NCBI GenBank assembly: GCA_977016875.1
Contig: CDRNST010000096.1
Span: 620,001 to 684,000 of the forward strand
Reading direction: 5' to 3'
Length of the DNA: 64,000 nt
Origin: Pavona decussata
Taxonomy: Eukaryota
Shown here: piece after piece, positions 60,581-64,000 of the stretch
How the letters are laid out: every line of letters begins with the position of its first letter
Position numbering within the stretch: the first letter of the stretch is position 1
Translations under genes and position numbers: made by a program
The notes under the pieces: model-generated
Told to the model about the DNA's origin: nothing
What the model saw: only the letters and a program-made list of their open reading frames with translations
The model's database searches: none

Positions 60581-63551
60581 CAATTTGTCTTGCGCTTGAA
60601 CAAGTTCTTGACCTTTTCGTAGGTTCGGTGGACTCCATTTCGTGTCACAATATCTTTCAGGTCCTCAGTGGTTTTCAAGATATCCAGTATGATTGCCTTA
60701 CATGGACATCTTGTGTGTGCTTGAAAGGCTTCCTCTAAGGCACTTTCGTCCTGTCTTGACCAGGACTGGCGTTTACTAGAAACAGTGAAGATTGTAGATG
60801 TGGTCTCAACCCAATCACTTGTTTGGGCTGTAGCATCAGCGTCAGGGAGTGACTCCAAGTTATCTTTCATATGTTTCTTTTGAAGATATTTCACTCGTTT
60901 ATAGACCTTATTTACAATGATGTCATCCTCTACGAATTCAATCAGGCTTGCGCACTCACTCATCTGGCGCTTTGTTTCGACAATTGAGAGTGGCGCATTT
61001 TGGGTGATGATGTGACCGAAGAGAAGATCAATGGCGTCTAACTGCTCAGAGAGACCTTTCCACTCGGGCACTTTGTTGGGCGAGGATGCTTTCTGTGGTG
61101 AAGGTGTCTTTGTTGGCAGTGTGTCCTTCAGGCCAATGTTGCTGGTTAAGACTTCATGTCCTTTTGCGGCCATGTCGCCGAGATTTTGCATCATGTAATA
61201 AGTTTCCGCTGTTTTGGTTGAGTGGCACATTAGCCTATGTGCACTTGCCTTAGCAGCAGGATCTGCCTGGCTCAGCTGCGACGCATGCATCTTCCTAAGT
61301 CGTGTACTGGTTACATTTTCCTTACCCGTTGCCTTACGCCACCATTCCATGATTCGTTTCCCGATCGTGCCTGGGTTGAATGCCGTCCCCGAGTCGGTGA
61401 CAAAGAGTGCTTCTTCGTCTTTCTTGGCAAACAGTGGGCGTACTTTCTGGACATAGACGTCTAAATTAGATTTTAAATTCTTTGACAAGGTCAAAGGGGC
61501 AGGGCCGGCTTTGCTATTGCTATTCTTATGCCTACTGACATACATGATAAATTTCTCTTGCCTGGCCTCTAGTCGTTGGAAATCTCGTAGGCGCGCAGTC
61601 TCGAACGGACCTGGCAATTAAAAAGTCCCTTATCACAAGGAATTCTTTTCGGCTAGGCTTGTAAGTTTGTGCTTTCATTAAATATGTGCTGGCTGTCTTT
61701 GCAATTGCTGAATCAACCATTGAGCTGGTGACTGCTGGATTAACAGCATTGACTTGATCTTCAAGGATCTGCTCCCACCGGTCGTGCGCATAAAGTTGAT
61801 TAACAGATGTACCCATAGCCACGAATCGAGGTATCACTGCTGTGATTCTGTCGATTGTGTTCTGATGTAACTTGGGGAATCCCTTCACCTTGTGTTGGTG
61901 GTAATCAACAACAAACTCCAAGAAGCGCACCAGTGATCGCAGGGCTGCTCTAATAGTGCCTGGTCGGGACTTTTTTGCATCTGAAGAGAGGCTTTGCCCA
62001 GGAATTCCACACTTCCAGACCACCGTTAGAGATCACACACTCGAGGGTACTGTCTTGGCTGTCGATACTGTCGTGGATTCTTCGCACATTCTGCGCATGG
62101 AGAATTGCGTCCCCTTCCTTCTTACACCCTCCTATGATGTGTTGGAGATGACTGTAATATTTGATGATCAGCTCATCGATCAAGGACCCAGCCTTCCCTT
62201 CCCTGTAATACTCTTTCCATGTGGAAAAGTCAGCCTCGTCATCGCTTTCACTCGACTCATCTTCCTCATAGTCGGAATCACTGCTTCTCTCATCCTCTTC
62301 GTCTTCACTGTCATCAACCATTTTCTCTTCTCCAGAGCCTTCCTCACTCTTTTCTTCATCACTGCCATCCTCTTCTTCACTCTTGCTGGAGTCTCCTTGA
62401 TCATTAGCATCACTTCCATCAGCACTTGCATCATCATGGTCTGGCTCCGGTTCTTCACTTGCTACATCGTCATGGTCTGCCTCTGGTTCTTTCCTTGCAT
62501 GAGCAGTAGTCATAAATGATTTAAGGCCTTTTAGAGGAGTTGCTGGTATTGTGTTAGGGTTAGGCTCGAAATCCTCATCGGATGATTCGGACGGGAGAAG
62601 TTCCTCTGCAAGCAGCTCCAGAGGACTCTTTTTGGGACCCTTTTCTTCGTCGTCACTGTCAGATTCTTGTTCCACTTGTTTTAAGCGCTTGTATGACTTG
62701 GGGCTGGGAAGAAATGAGCCTTTCCGCTTTTCATGAATTATTTTCGTGTCCCACAACATCTCTGAGGTCCTCCCATAGAATGGCCGAGCCAACCTTAGGA
62801 CCATCTGATACTCATCACTGTCCTTTGCTAGTCCATGGACTTTTCTTAGGTGTTTTGATAAGTACAAGACAACGCTGTCACATTTAGGGCAGATCTCCTT
62901 GACACGTAGGTAGACACGATTCTCTCCACCTTTAGTTTTGGTCTTGAATCCGCCACCCTTGATCTTATTCCCGTGCCTTGCCATCTCCATCAACGGTTTG
63001 ATTCTGATTTCTGGAAGAAATTCGTTTTTGTTCACGTGTAACGCTTTCAGGTGTCTGGAAAGGTTACACACCGTTTTTTGGCAGATCGGGCAAACTCGAC
63101 TTGCGTAGTGCTTCTCTTTCGCGACTTTGGCTGTTTGTGTTTTCGTACCCGTTTTTTTCATTTGGGTTGTTTTTTTGGCATTTTTGTCAGAAGAACCAGC
63201 AACCTCTTCAACAACTCTAACAGAAGGTCTAGCAACCTCTTCTACAACTCTAACAGAAGGTCCAGCAACCTCTTCTACAACTGTAACAGAAGGTCCAGCA
63301 ACATCATCAACAACCCTAACAGGAGGTTCAGCAACCTTATCAACAACTCTAGCAACAGAAGGCCCAACAACATCATCAACAACCTCGGTTACATTCTTAT
63401 CTGTCGCACTTATAACAGCAGGCGTAGCAGAAACCTCATAACAAACAACAGTAGACACTTCATCATCATCATCTGCTTTGGCAGCATCGCCACTAGGCCC
63501 TGACTGATCTTCACCTATATCTAATCGCAGCGAGACTTTCATCTCATCCAT
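60580..63551 (-). pseudogene. Tyrosine recombinase copy 5 (divergent subfamily, intronless, two frameshifts)
   Basis: CPICQ..RHL..LH and CPKC..KHLRKVH fingers, acidic tract, GG.KK..H..NVRR, RDFLIA, RHKN..GPA, TRLRKMH, LMCHSTKTAETYY, C-terminal Myb-like repeat WSRQDE. Frame changes near 61985 and 61612. Confidence 0.9.
63190..63385 (-). repeat. 33-bp coding minisatellite (VVEEVAGPSVR-like, ~6 units)
   Basis: Repeated 11-aa unit near the start of the YR5 ORF. Confidence 0.9.
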
Positions 63552-63859
63552 TAGGCCAAGCTTGTCTCTCCAATGTCCTCTGCGGAAACTAAGAGGGGCT
63601 GTAGTGTCTTGTTGTGGAATCGCTTAGCTAATACTGCAATGTTTGAAATGCCGCTCAGCGCTGTTTTTTCTAACATACCAAGACCGAGGTTTCTTGCTGC
63701 CGCGGCCACTTGGCTGAGGCAAAATTGTTCAGCTTCCAACGCCCTCATGGACACTTTTTCTAATGGCTTAGGTTCGACGTTGAAATCGTCCAGCTCATCA
63801 AAGTTCTCTTCGTTAATAATACGTCTTAACTTGAGGGCAAGCGAATTGAACGACTCCAT
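63551..63859 (-). CDS. Hypothetical 102-aa protein overlapping the YR5 start (TAATG)
   Basis: ATG-initiated ORF whose TAA stop shares its last base with the ATG of the YR5 ORF. No recognisable domain. Confidence 0.5.
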   Translation of the reverse strand: MESFNSLALKLRRIINEENFDELDDFNVEPKPLEKVSMRALEAEQFCLSQVAAAARNLGLGMLEKTALSGISNIAVLAKRFHNKTLQPLLVSAEDIGETSLA

Positions 63860-64000
63860 ATTAAGACACTATAATTAATTAGATAATGGTAATGTAAGAG
63901 GCTACACGTTGCCAGTAGGTAGTTATCATCGCAAAAACAATACCCTGTAAGTTTCTGGTAATAATATGGAATCCTTGGAAAGTTATAAGATGTTAAGGCG

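Noticed and set aside
58928-64000. Calling the YR5 region a Polinton/Maverick
   Set aside because: No pPolB, capsid, ATPase, protease or long TIR is visible in the window.

Overview
AT-rich eukaryotic DNA, most likely a cnidarian such as a stony coral (inferred from the repeat families). It is made almost entirely of nested transposable elements, and I recognise no ordinary host gene, rRNA, tRNA or CRISPR array. The organising feature is five decayed copies of one tyrosine-recombinase (YR) gene family, all on the minus strand (~2.2-3.1, 20.3-33.9, 39.5-42.8, 50.8-54.0 and 60.6-63.6 kb). The proteins have twin C2H2-like fingers, a YR core (NxxR / HKT / TxxRK / M[AC]H-x3-TA-x2-YY) and two Myb/SANT-like C-terminal repeats, which fits Crypton-class (probably CryptonV-like) DNA transposons. 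Copies 2-4 lie in a ~46-kb head-to-tail array (10484-56359). Its left ends read (AG)n|ATTGAAGGG(C/G)ACTTTT followed by ~21-bp-phased TAGGGCACTTT repeats, and its right ends read TTTCAATATTT|AG. An intact att-site-like junction is visible at 55866-55917. Other elements in and around the array: two BEL/Pao LTR elements (one with apparently identical LTRs and a full-length RTE LINE inside it), two internally deleted Sola3-like elements, Kolobok relics and MITEs, a Tc1 DD34E ORF, a Penelope 3' end with a minimal hammerhead ribozyme, a CR1/L2 3' fragment and several other MITEs. There is a 142-N assembly gap at 47692-47833. Family names come from motif recognition, not from database searches.
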